The notes beneath the pieces were generated by a model. The model was not told the origin of the DNA. It did no database searches and saw only the letters and a list, made by a program, of their open reading frames with translations. A stretch of 64,000 nt of DNA from a virus. Lineage: Duplodnaviria; Caudoviricetes. The stretch's first letter is position 1. Each line of letters opens with the position of its first letter. The stretch lies in IMG/VR virus record IMGVR_UViG_3300035208_007487. One strand, written 5' to 3'. The translations under genes were made by a program, and so were the position numbers. Shown one piece after another: positions 41,994 to 51,976 of the stretch.

Positions 41994-43280
41994 CTAATTT
42001 AATATTTCTAACTTTTCCTTAATATATTCTACAACATCACTTGACAAAGACTCATCATATTTGTTTTTATGTTCAATCCAATGCAATTTATTTTCTGCAC
42101 TTATTAATGGATTTTTAAACATCTCTAATAATTTAGCTAAATCTAAACCATTCACATTATCCATATGCAATACTGAACCAAGCATCATTGAAGTTGGAAC
42201 TAATATGAAGGCAGTAATATCCTCAGATGAAGCATTATTCTCAATTCCATACTTTAGCTCACTTTGGAAATTTTCAATATACTTAATATATTCATTAAAT
42301 TTAAACTCGCCAAATACATCAACAATCCAATCTATATTCTTTTCACTCAACTGCTGTAGCTCATCATAAAAAATAGAAGTCATCTCAATAATAGTTTTTT
42401 TATTAAACCCGAACATACAATGGGTATTAGTACTAAATCTACGAGATAATATGTTTCTAAATTTACTAGCAAATGGAATTTTATACTTATCAGGTATTGA
42501 ATCAAAAAATCCACTATTATTAAGTTTATATTCATAAAATTTAGGTATTTCATCAAATGATCTTAGTACCTTTTCACTACTTGAATTATAAAGAGCCTGT
42601 GATATTTCTTCATATGTAATTTTGTCATATAAATTAGGATGAGATTTAATATAATTGAATAAATCTACTTTAGTCTTTCCAACTATATTAGATGGAGTTT
42701 TGTCAAATAGAGTAACGTCTATTACATTGTACGAAGTAGGACTTAAAAATACTGCTTGGGCTGGTTCATTGGTATGTATAATTCCTCTATGATGATCAAC
42801 TACATAATCATATCCTAATTTCCGCAATAAAGAATTCCAGTTATTGGCATTTTTTGAATATTCCATAGTAGCATACCAAATATATCCCCCTGGACTTTTA
42901 AATAATGCCCCACTTTCTATATCGTGCATTTCTAAACTAGAAAAACCTAAAACTTTTAACTTTTCTAAATCATTGACTAAATTAGCCTCACTATAATGTT
43001 GTAGATCTAATTTAATAGTTCCTGGCCTAGGTTTTATAAAATATACATATCCATTTTTAGCTTCACTAGTATATTCTGGAACTTTTCCTTCCATGTCCTC
43101 TACATTATAGGCATAAATTCCATTTGGAGTCTCCCATTTAGATTTAGGATTAATTCCTATTTTATTAATATCTCTATATGAAAAATATACATCAGGATCT
43201 TGTTCATATTTTTCTCTTAATTCATCTACTGATGGATTTATTTTAGATTCATATAAAAATCCATTATAAGCAATCTTCAT
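41994..43280 (-). CDS. YNGxLYE-tagged protein, paralog A (conserved N-domain, variable C-domain)
   Basis: MKIAYNGFLYES; KIGINPKSKWETPNGIYAY; GIIHTNEPAQAVFL. Confidence 0.75.
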   Translation of the reverse strand: MKIAYNGFLYESKINPSVDELREKYEQDPDVYFSYRDINKIGINPKSKWETPNGIYAYNVEDMEGKVPEYTSEAKNGYVYFIKPRPGTIKLDLQHYSEANLVNDLEKLKVLGFSSLEMHDIESGALFKSPGGYIWYATMEYSKNANNWNSLLRKLGYDYVVDHHRGIIHTNEPAQAVFLSPTSYNVIDVTLFDKTPSNIVGKTKVDLFNYIKSHPNLYDKITYEEISQALYNSSSEKVLRSFDEIPKFYEYKLNNSGFFDSIPDKYKIPFASKFRNILSRRFSTNTHCMFGFNKKTIIEMTSIFYDELQQLSEKNIDWIVDVFGEFKFNEYIKYIENFQSELKYGIENNASSEDITAFILVPTSMMLGSVLHMDNVNGLDLAKLLEMFKNPLISAENKLHWIEHKNKYDESLSSDVVEYIKEKLEILN

Positions 43281-44584
43281 ATTATTCCTAATCCTTGTTT
43301 AATATACTCTTGAACCTCACCTTGAAGAGATTCGTCATTTATGTCTCCTAAACTAATCCAATCATTAGTATTATTAGCGGCTATTAATGAACTAGAAAAC
43401 TTTTTAAGTATTACGTTTAGCTTATTTTTATCAATATCCCCTAATGCCACATCAACCAATGGCTTATTTTTAATAGTTGGTCCTAATACAAAGTATTTAA
43501 TTTCATTAATATTAGCATTTTTCTCAATACCAATATCAAAGGAACTCTTGAATCTATCAATATATTTCATATATTCATCAAAACTAAATTCATCAACGAT
43601 TAATACAGCCCAATCTATTCTAGTTGTACTTAATTTCTGTAGATTCTCATTAAATATATCAGTTAATTCCAATATTGTTTTTTTATTTATTTTTTGCATA
43701 CATCCTTCATATACTGAAAATCTTCTATCTAATAATTTTTTGAATTTAAGTGCAAAAGCTACTTTATAATCATTAGGAATTGCACTAAAGAAACTATTTG
43801 GACTAACATTAATACAATATTCATAAAATGGCTTAATGGTGTCAAATGATGATAATACCTCTTCTTTAGATGAATCATCTATAGCATCAATTATTTTATA
43901 CATTTGACTGCCTAATAATTTCTTGTAGGTAGCAATGTTGTTATTAATTTTAAGATAATTGAACACATCCCATTTTGCTCCTCTTGGGATTTGCTTATCC
44001 TCAGAGTTATCAAACTTTGATACATCTAATACCGTAAATGATGATGGATTTAAAAACACTGCTTGTGCTGGCTCGTTAGAATGTATAATCCCCATATGAT
44101 GATCAACTACGTAATCATACCCCATTTTTCTAAATATTGCATTCCAGCTATTTGCACTAGTTGAATACTTCATCGTAACATACCAAATATACCCACCTGG
44201 AGTTTTATAATAAGATTTTTGCTCAATTTCGGCATCACTTAATTTAGAAAATCCTAATTGTTTTAATTTTTCTAAATCTTTTTTAAAATCATTACTATTA
44301 TAGGATTGTAAGTCTAATTTTATTGAACCTGGATTTGGCTTAATAAAATATACATATCCGCGATCCCCACCTGTATATTGTGCTTCTTGTTCCCCCATAT
44401 CATCTATATTATACGCATATATGCCATTTGGAGTTCTCCATTCAGATTTTGGATTTATTCCAATCTTATTAATACTTCGATATGAAAAATATACATTAAG
44501 ATCGTCTTCATATTTCTGTTTTAGTTCGTCCACTGTTGGAGTATTTTTAGATTCATATAAAAATCCATTATAACATATCTTCAT
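43277..44584 (-). CDS. YNGxLYE-tagged protein, paralog B
   Basis: MKICYNGFLYES; same conserved N-domain. Confidence 0.75.
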   Translation of the reverse strand: MKICYNGFLYESKNTPTVDELKQKYEDDLNVYFSYRSINKIGINPKSEWRTPNGIYAYNIDDMGEQEAQYTGGDRGYVYFIKPNPGSIKLDLQSYNSNDFKKDLEKLKQLGFSKLSDAEIEQKSYYKTPGGYIWYVTMKYSTSANSWNAIFRKMGYDYVVDHHMGIIHSNEPAQAVFLNPSSFTVLDVSKFDNSEDKQIPRGAKWDVFNYLKINNNIATYKKLLGSQMYKIIDAIDDSSKEEVLSSFDTIKPFYEYCINVSPNSFFSAIPNDYKVAFALKFKKLLDRRFSVYEGCMQKINKKTILELTDIFNENLQKLSTTRIDWAVLIVDEFSFDEYMKYIDRFKSSFDIGIEKNANINEIKYFVLGPTIKNKPLVDVALGDIDKNKLNVILKKFSSSLIAANNTNDWISLGDINDESLQGEVQEYIKQGLGII

Positions 44585-44611
44585 ATAAAATATTTATAAT
44601 AAATAATAAAC

Positions 44612-45118
44612 ATGAAGATTGCTTTTAATAATTATCTATATGAAAGTATAGACAATCTACCATTTCCACCTAAAGGATCTATTCCTATCCCAAGTGGATA
44701 TACTAGAATGTATCACCAAACTGATCCAGCTAAAGTTCCAAGTATTCTGAAAGACGGATTACAAATATCTAAATCTAGAGGCAAACTTGTAGGAGATCCC
44801 GTTGGAATATGGGCTTCAGATAATCCAAAAGGATTTTATGGAGATAGCTCGCATCTAGATACTATAGAATTTAAAATCCCAACTGTCGAATATAATCAAT
44901 TACTTGGACATAGCTTAATAGAACGAGATGTACCCCCAGAAGATATACTTGCAGTCCATTCAGATTGGCAAAATACCGTCAATTATATGGTTAAAAATAA
45001 TATGATAGATCAAGTCAAAAATGGAGATTTCGACTATCTTATGAATAAAGAATATGAACATGCCTCAGATTATGACCAATATACAAAAGCAATTCAATAT
45101 GTAAAATCCCATTACTAA
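44612..45118 (+). CDS. tagged ADP-ribosyltransferase-fold protein
   Basis: MKIAFNNYLYES; MYHQT....SILKDGL..GIWAS..VPPEDI (Tpt1/ART-like). Confidence 0.6.
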   Translation: MKIAFNNYLYESIDNLPFPPKGSIPIPSGYTRMYHQTDPAKVPSILKDGLQISKSRGKLVGDPVGIWASDNPKGFYGDSSHLDTIEFKIPTVEYNQLLGHSLIERDVPPEDILAVHSDWQNTVNYMVKNNMIDQVKNGDFDYLMNKEYEHASDYDQYTKAIQYVKSHY

Positions 45119-45134
45119 TTTATAAATATCTAGC

Positions 45135-46613
45135 ATGAAGATTGCATTTAATGGCTACTTATATGAAGCTAGAAATATTCCAACTGAAGATGAATTGAGA
45201 GAAAAATACGGATCATTAGGAGATTCTTATTTTTTCTCGTATAGATCAATTAATAAAATTGGATTAAATCCACAATCTCAATGGAATACCCCCAATGGAG
45301 TATACACATATAACTTCAAAGATCTTGGAAATAGAGAATCCCCATATAAGGGAACTTCTACAAATGGATATATATATGTTATTAAACTTAAACCAAACAT
45401 CAATGGAATAGATTCACGTACTTATAATACAATAGACCTAGAACAAGATCTTAATAAACTTAAACAATTTGGATATGAAATAGATTTAGAAAAATATTAT
45501 AGAATGAATAACCCATTTAAAGCTATCTGGACTGCTACATATGATGTTAAAAAATCACCTAATGATTGGACTAAAATATTATTAGCTTTGGGATATTATT
45601 ACGTTAGAGATAGAGGTGAAGGAGTTATTCATACTAATGAGCCATACCAAACAGTATTCTTATCACCTAAAGCTTATGATATAGTAGATTCAGGAACATA
45701 TGGAAATGTGGCTATATTTAATGGAACAATTGACCAAAAATGGATAAAAAAATACGCAGCATCTCTTACTGAAAAAAATGTAAAACCTGTTGCAAAATCT
45801 ATCTACAAATATTTTACTCAACATAATAATTTACCAAGATTCGATATATTTAATGCAACAAATACTAATATACTTACTGATATATATAAAACGGCTTTTA
45901 AACTAATAGGAACTTATTCAATTAATCAAATATTTCAAGAAAATCCAAAAATGTTAGTTGCACTTGGGATATCATCAGATTTTGCAAAAGAATTAATAAA
46001 TCAATACAAATCCGCTTTTACTAATTCTACTAGAGCTGAATGGCTAAAAGCTTTAAATGATGAAGATAGATTAGAATATGTTGATAAATTTATAGATACA
46101 TTTAAAAAAATAACAGAAGTTGATACTTATTGGATAGCTTATTTACAAATTAAAGATAGAATCCCAATGATAATAAAATTGGCCAAGGAAATCAATAGTA
46201 GTATAATTAATACACCAGATAATCTTAATGTCCTAATCTATGATATTAGGCCAATATCAAAAGAAGACCAATTGAAACTATTTGATATCCTTATCCCCTC
46301 AATAAAAGAAATAACTAATGATGGAAATGTACAGTGGCTTAATAACTTATTATATCAATATCCAGAACTTCAAGCTCAAAAATTAACTACTACTCTGCAT
46401 GATGAAGTTGCTAAATTAATAACAAATAATGAAATGTTTTTCTTAAGCTATTTTACTATCGAGGACAATAAGCATATGAAAGCATTTGAAATGATTATGC
46501 ATACTTTTAGCAAATATATTAATAGATCAATTAAAGAATACCCTGAAAATATCTTTTGGAAACATTACCCTACTCCATTTAAACAAGTATTTGAACCTAA
46601 AGAATTAAATTAA
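45135..46613 (+). CDS. YNGxLYE-tagged protein, paralog C
   Basis: MKIAFNGYLYEA; KIGLNPQSQWNTPNGVYTY; GVIHTNEPYQTVFL. Confidence 0.75.
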   Translation: MKIAFNGYLYEARNIPTEDELREKYGSLGDSYFFSYRSINKIGLNPQSQWNTPNGVYTYNFKDLGNRESPYKGTSTNGYIYVIKLKPNINGIDSRTYNTIDLEQDLNKLKQFGYEIDLEKYYRMNNPFKAIWTATYDVKKSPNDWTKILLALGYYYVRDRGEGVIHTNEPYQTVFLSPKAYDIVDSGTYGNVAIFNGTIDQKWIKKYAASLTEKNVKPVAKSIYKYFTQHNNLPRFDIFNATNTNILTDIYKTAFKLIGTYSINQIFQENPKMLVALGISSDFAKELINQYKSAFTNSTRAEWLKALNDEDRLEYVDKFIDTFKKITEVDTYWIAYLQIKDRIPMIIKLAKEINSSIINTPDNLNVLIYDIRPISKEDQLKLFDILIPSIKEITNDGNVQWLNNLLYQYPELQAQKLTTTLHDEVAKLITNNEMFFLSYFTIEDNKHMKAFEMIMHTFSKYINRSIKEYPENIFWKHYPTPFKQVFEPKELN

Positions 46614-46689
46614 GTATAGGCCAAATAGATACTTTTCTAATAAAGTAAATGGAAATGGTGTTTAATAAATAATGAATAGCTCCTTTTTT

Positions 46690-47110
46690 ATTGGAGCACC
46701 TATATGCCCATAAAATTTTTTTACATATGGGGGTATTTAAATAATAATTTTTTTGAGGGTACTTAATAACCGCCCTTTAAAATATGATGATGGACATTTT
46801 TGAGAAATGTGACAATATGGGGCAAAATTTTTTAAATTAATGGGGGTCATTAATAACCCTCTTTTGAATGTGAAGAGCTATGGGGCAAAAATTTTTATTC
46901 TTTGGGGGTAGATTGAAATATGAATACTTGTAAGGATATTTAATAACCCCTTTGGGAATACTGGTTGACATTTTTGAGCATAGGGGGGAATATGGGGCAA
47001 AAATTTTTATTCTTTGGGGGTCTAAGATAAGATATAGGGGGCATACCTGCCACCCTCCCTATATAACAAGGGTGGCCCTACACCTTAGCCATAGCTATTT
47101 TAATACCCCC
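46690..47110. repeat. non-coding direct-repeat block (candidate replication origin)
   Basis: TATGGGGCAAAA(A)TTTTT...TGGGGGT x3, TTAATAACC x3, GACATTTTTGAG x2. Confidence 0.55.
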
Positions 47111-47147
47111 TAATAGCCGATCTAAGGCCATCAATTAGCCAAAAGGT

Positions 47148-47402
47148 TTAGTTCTTCATTGGCTCATTTAACAAGCTACAAACGTCCTCAAATCGGAAAT
47201 AATAATCTGTCAAGATATAATAGAAATCGTTTTCCAAAGTTATTGTAAAGATATTGTATGGAGTAATCGTATGCTTGCCAGTATAAGGCTCAACACTTTT
47301 TGCATTAATCTTTTGACCGGCAAATAAAGTAATAGTTTCAAATCGCTTATTGATAGGATTATATAAACATTGCCTAGTAGTATGCAATATGATTATTTGC
47401 AT
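47148..47402 (-). CDS. hypothetical protein
   Basis: 84-aa ORF, AGAAAAG upstream. Confidence 0.45.
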   Translation of the reverse strand: MQIIILHTTRQCLYNPINKRFETITLFAGQKINAKSVEPYTGKHTITPYNIFTITLENDFYYILTDYYFRFEDVCSLLNEPMKN

Positions 47403-47522
47403 TTTACTTTTCTTTGTTAGTATTTTTAACTACATTCAAACAATAGTCACAAACAATTGAATTAAAATGGCTAGGCAATTCAATTAGATTATGGCAATGG
47501 GGGCATTTGATTTTAATGTATT

Positions 47523-47837
47523 TCATTCGGCTTCATCCCCCAAACAAGAAACCTTCCAAGAACCATTCACATACATCACAGTAAGGGCATAAGTTTCCCC
47601 TGAATTACAATAGTCAATTCCCTCTTCACATTCCACCCCGCAAGTGTGAATAATTTCATCAATGGCATATAGCTTGATAAGATATGCTTCAGGACGTCTA
47701 TAGCATGAACGAACATACTTAGTAGCTTTTTTAGAAACCTCTTCTGGATTGATTTCGTTGCGAATGATTCCGAGAATCTTATCGGCATCTTCCTCGGTTA
47801 CATCTTTGATTTGCAGTAGACGGTTTTTGAAAGACAT
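47523..47837 (-). CDS. conserved hypothetical early protein
   Basis: GVE..YCNSGETYALTV motif; start reassigned to MSFKN. Confidence 0.55.
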   Translation of the reverse strand: MSFKNRLLQIKDVTEEDADKILGIIRNEINPEEVSKKATKYVRSCYRRPEAYLIKLYAIDEIIHTCGVECEEGIDYCNSGETYALTVMYVNGSWKVSCLGDEAE

Positions 47838-47916
47838 TTGAATACTCTTTAGTAAATTAGATTTGAACAGGTAAATGAGAAGGAAGCTAGATAACTTCCT
47901 TCCCTGATAGTTTCTT

Positions 47917-48141
47917 TTATTGGTGGTCCATATAAGAAACAGTTGCGCCGCATCCTTCCGGGACATTGGCGGCGATCATGTCGCGGGTATCGACGTATGC
48001 CACTTCCACGGGCTTCACAAGCTTGGATTCACGGGCCGAAGCGTCGAAGGTGGAAGCGGAAATCGCAGGGACGTTGACGGCCTTCGGAGCGGTGCGACCG
48101 TCGAGAGCGAGCAGCGAGAGAGCGATCATGAGCGTATCCAT
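47917..48141 (-). CDS. GC-rich small early protein (signal-like N-terminus)
   Basis: AGAAAGA-N7-ATG; own promoter; C/G-ending codons. Confidence 0.6.
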   Translation of the reverse strand: MDTLMIALSLLALDGRTAPKAVNVPAISASTFDASARESKLVKPVEVAYVDTRDMIAANVPEGCGATVSYMDHQ

Positions 48142-48281
48142 TTGAGTATCTTTCTTTTTGAAGGGGAGCAACATTGCCCGTCCCTTATGTTATATAAGAT
48201 AATGCCAAAAATTAGCCATGTCAAGAGGTTGACTAAAAAAACATGAAAAAAGTTTGTTCTGCAAATTAGTGAAGAACATGA

Positions 48282-48376
48282 AAATAATTCCAAAATTTAG
48301 TCTAGCCAATCAGTCCAGTCTATACTAAATTCCAAGTATATACATAAAGGAATAATAGATATCTCACTCCATTAAT
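48282..48376. repeat. intergenic element copy 1
   Basis: AATAATTCCAAAATTTAG..CTATACTAAATT..GGAATAATAGA..TCCATTA. Confidence 0.9.
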
Positions 48377-48416
48377 AGCTCAAAAAGAATGGGGGAATAA
48401 TCGCTCCCCCAATATA

Positions 48417-49841
48417 TTAAGGATTGATTATGAATAGTTCATTTTTGGAACGAGTTATTGCCACATACCAAAGATTTCTTTCTTCTTGTTCTGAATGAGA
48501 ATAAGTATCGGCAAGAACATAAACAGTATCCGATTCTAATCCTTTGGCTTTATGAGTAGTAGAAAGCATAATAGCAGATTTATCATTTACATCCGAGAAT
48601 AGATTTTTAATGTTATCAATTAATTCATTTTTAGATTTACAATTACTTCCAATTATTCTAAGACATTGTGCCTTATCTTCAATCATATCCGTTTTGGGAT
48701 TAGCTATTCTTTTTTTAAGTCTAATTATTTCTTCATTTTCCCAATCATTAACATATTGAATGAATTCGGAATAATCTTCTTTGAAATTATTAACAACATT
48801 TAATAAGCCTTCACCGTAATCCTTTCCTCGAATCATTGCTTTTTTACCTTGAGATATGAACCCAAAAATAAGAGAAGCTAATGGAGCATTTTTTCTTGAC
48901 AATATGAAACTACCAGCACTTGCATTTTCTTTCATATATTCATAGTTTTCATATACAATAGAACCATCTATTGCATTAGGGGCGGCACTAAATTCAGGTA
49001 CATCCTTTGAGGCTAGTTCACAAATCAACTTAGGGCACCTATATGAAACAGAAAGAGGATATTCTTTAGCAGACATCTTTTCCTTGAAGATATCCATAGC
49101 ACCCGTAGCTGCTCCCCTGAAGCCATAGATAGCTTGAGCAGGATCCCCCACTACACAAATACGCCCATTTGTTTTAACCATTCGGCAAATGAATTCAATT
49201 TGGGCTTTATTAAAATCTTGTGATTCATCTCCAAAGACCCAATCAAATTTTGGAATAGAAAGATCTTGAACAACTGGCATATAAATCATATCATCAAAAT
49301 CAATATAGGAAGTCATTTCTTTTGAGATATTTAATGTGCGGAGAATCATTTGGACAAATATATCAAAAGAAAGACCAGAATCTTTATCTGAATAATTAAT
49401 GTCGAATTCCTCACAAATGGAATAAATATCCTCAATTGATTCGGCTAGATATGCTTTTGCTAATGAGACTGCCTTGTAAGCGGGGCCAAAAAAATTGCTT
49501 GGAAGATCTTTATAGGTTTCATTTAGAATCTTCCTAGTCTTATCATGCGAGCCATGAGCACAAAAGACCCTACCATAGGCCTTTCTAAGCACACCGAAGC
49601 CCGTTGAATGCAAGGTGGCTACTTTGATATGTCTATCTGTAGGGACTCTTGATTCAATCTCTTGAACAATAGCTTTTGCGAATGCTACAAAAGCTACTTT
49701 GTCAGTAGGTTTAGTATAGTCTAATGCTCCAATCAGTGTAGTAGTTTTGCCACTACCGGCTAGTGCTCTGATTTGAATGTGCCCGCTGCCATTTGCTATA
49801 GCGTCATAAATGTTGGCTTGCGGAATAGATGGTTCAAGCAT
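48417..49841 (-). CDS. UvrD/Rep-family SF1 helicase
   Basis: ALAGSGKTTT, DFDDMI, GDESQD, VGDPAQAIYGFRGA, SYRCP, STTHKAKGLE, YVAITR. Confidence 0.92.
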   Translation of the reverse strand: MLEPSIPQANIYDAIANGSGHIQIRALAGSGKTTTLIGALDYTKPTDKVAFVAFAKAIVQEIESRVPTDRHIKVATLHSTGFGVLRKAYGRVFCAHGSHDKTRKILNETYKDLPSNFFGPAYKAVSLAKAYLAESIEDIYSICEEFDINYSDKDSGLSFDIFVQMILRTLNISKEMTSYIDFDDMIYMPVVQDLSIPKFDWVFGDESQDFNKAQIEFICRMVKTNGRICVVGDPAQAIYGFRGAATGAMDIFKEKMSAKEYPLSVSYRCPKLICELASKDVPEFSAAPNAIDGSIVYENYEYMKENASAGSFILSRKNAPLASLIFGFISQGKKAMIRGKDYGEGLLNVVNNFKEDYSEFIQYVNDWENEEIIRLKKRIANPKTDMIEDKAQCLRIIGSNCKSKNELIDNIKNLFSDVNDKSAIMLSTTHKAKGLESDTVYVLADTYSHSEQEERNLWYVAITRSKNELFIINP

Positions 49842-50000
49842 TAAAACTCCTTTGGCAAAATTGCCCTAGGTAAAATATACATTATTTGGCAAAGCTTTGT
49901 CAAGGGATAGCTGAAGAAAATTAATATAGTATTGGATTATTATATCTATTATTACATATGAAAAAAAGGAAGAATTAATTATCTTCCTTTTTTAACAGAA

Positions 50001-50708
50001 TTAAATAGATGCAATAAGCTCTTTCATTTCTTCATTCAAAGTATTTTGGGATTCAGCCCAAGTCTTTACATTTTTCAGAAATTCGGGGCAAATGATTTCG
50101 TGGTCTTCAAGGTCATTAATTGCCACATAAATCATATGCTGAAAGGAAGATTGGTCACATTCCCAATCTTGCAGTATTCCCTTAAATGCAATGTTTGCAA
50201 CCAAACGGCGGCGATAGCCCATTGATTCATTGATGCAGGAAAGAATCTTGGCAACCTTTTCTTCTAGTTCAGAAGTGATTCTAACAGTTTCAGTATCATG
50301 TCCATAGGCAAATTTGAAAGTCATTACCATTGGCTTATATTCACCACGAACCAAGTATCCCAAATCTTCCTTCAATTTGGCAATACGATTTTCAACTATT
50401 TTGGAATAATTGTGATGTAGAAAGCCCGTAGCTAATTCAGGTAAATTACAAGTAGTGTCAACCCCCTCAAATTTGAATTCGGGATTCTTAAAGAGATGCG
50501 GATACGTATTCATAATTTCAATAATTTGCTTTTCCCTTTGATCCGCTTCATTTTGGCGATTAACTACTTCGGTTTCTAGCCGATTGATTTCATCCTTCAG
50601 ATCGGAAATGCGGGGATCATTCTTGATGCGCTCTGCATTGACCTTTTCAGCTAGCAGACGATCAATTTCCTTTTGAATTTCTTCAGGTGTGCGAGTCGTG
50701 GTATCCAT
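50001..50708 (-). CDS. coiled-coil early protein
   Basis: Own promoter and terminator. Confidence 0.65.
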   Translation of the reverse strand: MDTTTRTPEEIQKEIDRLLAEKVNAERIKNDPRISDLKDEINRLETEVVNRQNEADQREKQIIEIMNTYPHLFKNPEFKFEGVDTTCNLPELATGFLHHNYSKIVENRIAKLKEDLGYLVRGEYKPMVMTFKFAYGHDTETVRITSELEEKVAKILSCINESMGYRRRLVANIAFKGILQDWECDQSSFQHMIYVAINDLEDHEIICPEFLKNVKTWAESQNTLNEEMKELIASI

Positions 50709-50849
50709 TTTCTATTCTTTCGGTTTAATGTCGGCAACATTGCCAATTTCTTATATACTAAAGATACTGTCAAACATTGAAGATGTCAAGAGCTTGAACA
50801 AAGAAAGATGAAAAAAATTTGGTGTTCTTCTAATTAGTGAAGAACATGA

Positions 50850-50944
50850 AAATTCTTCCAAAATTTACCCTAGCCAATCAGTCCACTCTATACTAAATTT
50901 CAAGTATATACAAAAGGAATAATAGAGTTGGATATCTCTTATTA
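50850..50944. repeat. intergenic element copy 2
   Basis: Same core sequence. Confidence 0.9.
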
Positions 50945-50984
50945 GCCAATAAAAAGGAAGACATATCAATCTTCCTTTTATCAA

Positions 50985-51251
50985 TTACACCTTAATGATT
51001 TCAAATTTATTACTTGCTTCACAAGAATCATAAAAAGTATTGCGATATTCTATTCCAATTTCTCCTAAATTAATAAGGGCATTCATTACTTCAGTATTTT
51101 CACCGGAAAATGAAGCGGTATTGTAAGTAGTATGTGCAATATGAATAGGATGATTATTAATAATCTTATAGATTTCTAATGTAATATAGCATTCACCATT
51201 AAATATAGGTTTTCCAACTTTTACAGTATAGTAAATGAATACGGTTTTCAT
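50985..51251 (-). CDS. hypothetical protein
   Basis: AGAAAGA-type RBS. Confidence 0.55.
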   Translation of the reverse strand: MKTVFIYYTVKVGKPIFNGECYITLEIYKIINNHPIHIAHTTYNTASFSGENTEVMNALINLGEIGIEYRNTFYDSCEASNKFEIIKV

Positions 51252-51364
51252 TGTGAGATCTTTCTGTGATTAATTAAGATGCTTTACGAATACGATAGAT
51301 GCCATATAGCAGCATCGCAAGAACAATATAATGATTTGACATCCAATTAAGGACGCACATTTTA

Positions 51365-51976
51365 TTATATTCCCAACAATTCCCGATGATTAATCAAACG
51401 GTGTTCAATCTTATCATAGATTTGCCGAATACGTTCATGCGAAAGATTAAGAGCAATTCCAATATCTCGAAAGCTCTTTTCTTCTTTTTTCATGAGAAAG
51501 ATTTGCCTTTCTTTTTCATTCAAAAGCAGATTATTCAAAATGTAATTGAAAGCATCCAAATAATCATTAGTATTTTCTTCGGAAGTATTGCCAGCTACCA
51601 TATCTTCCAAAGTATCCGACGAATCATCACCCCCAATTGGAGCATCTAAAGAAACGATATCCATTTGCCGCTTTTGTGCTTTGAAATACAGAAGATAGCT
51701 ATTCGCGGCATTTCTGCCAACATAATAAACCACCACTCCCAAATCTTTATCTTTGCGACCTTCCCACAAACGGCGCATAGTATCAATGGATAGTTCACCC
51801 GTTTTCTTTGCATGGCTATTGAAGATAATAGAAAGCAAATCGCTAGGCTCTATCGCATAATACTTTGTCACAAGGTTGTAAGTAGTGTAAATAACCTTTG
51901 GAGACGTGAAAGGCATATGCGTAGCCTTTTCTAGTTCAGTCAAATATCCTCGAATCATTGACATATTGCCTGACAT
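51365..51976 (-). CDS. sigma70-family (ECF-size) sigma factor-like protein
   Basis: VSLDAPIG..TLEDMV; region 4 LNEKERQIF..SFRDIGIALNLSHERIRQI. Confidence 0.75.
   Translation of the reverse strand: MSGNMSMIRGYLTELEKATHMPFTSPKVIYTTYNLVTKYYAIEPSDLLSIIFNSHAKKTGELSIDTMRRLWEGRKDKDLGVVVYYVGRNAANSYLLYFKAQKRQMDIVSLDAPIGGDDSSDTLEDMVAGNTSEENTNDYLDAFNYILNNLLLNEKERQIFLMKKEEKSFRDIGIALNLSHERIRQIYDKIEHRLINHRELLGI

Noticed and set aside
2013-43769. Short antisense ORFs inside long genes (e.g. 2013, 7835, 9419, 11584, 18750, 42061, 43341)
   Set aside because: Fully nested opposite well-supported genes, with no motifs or expression signals
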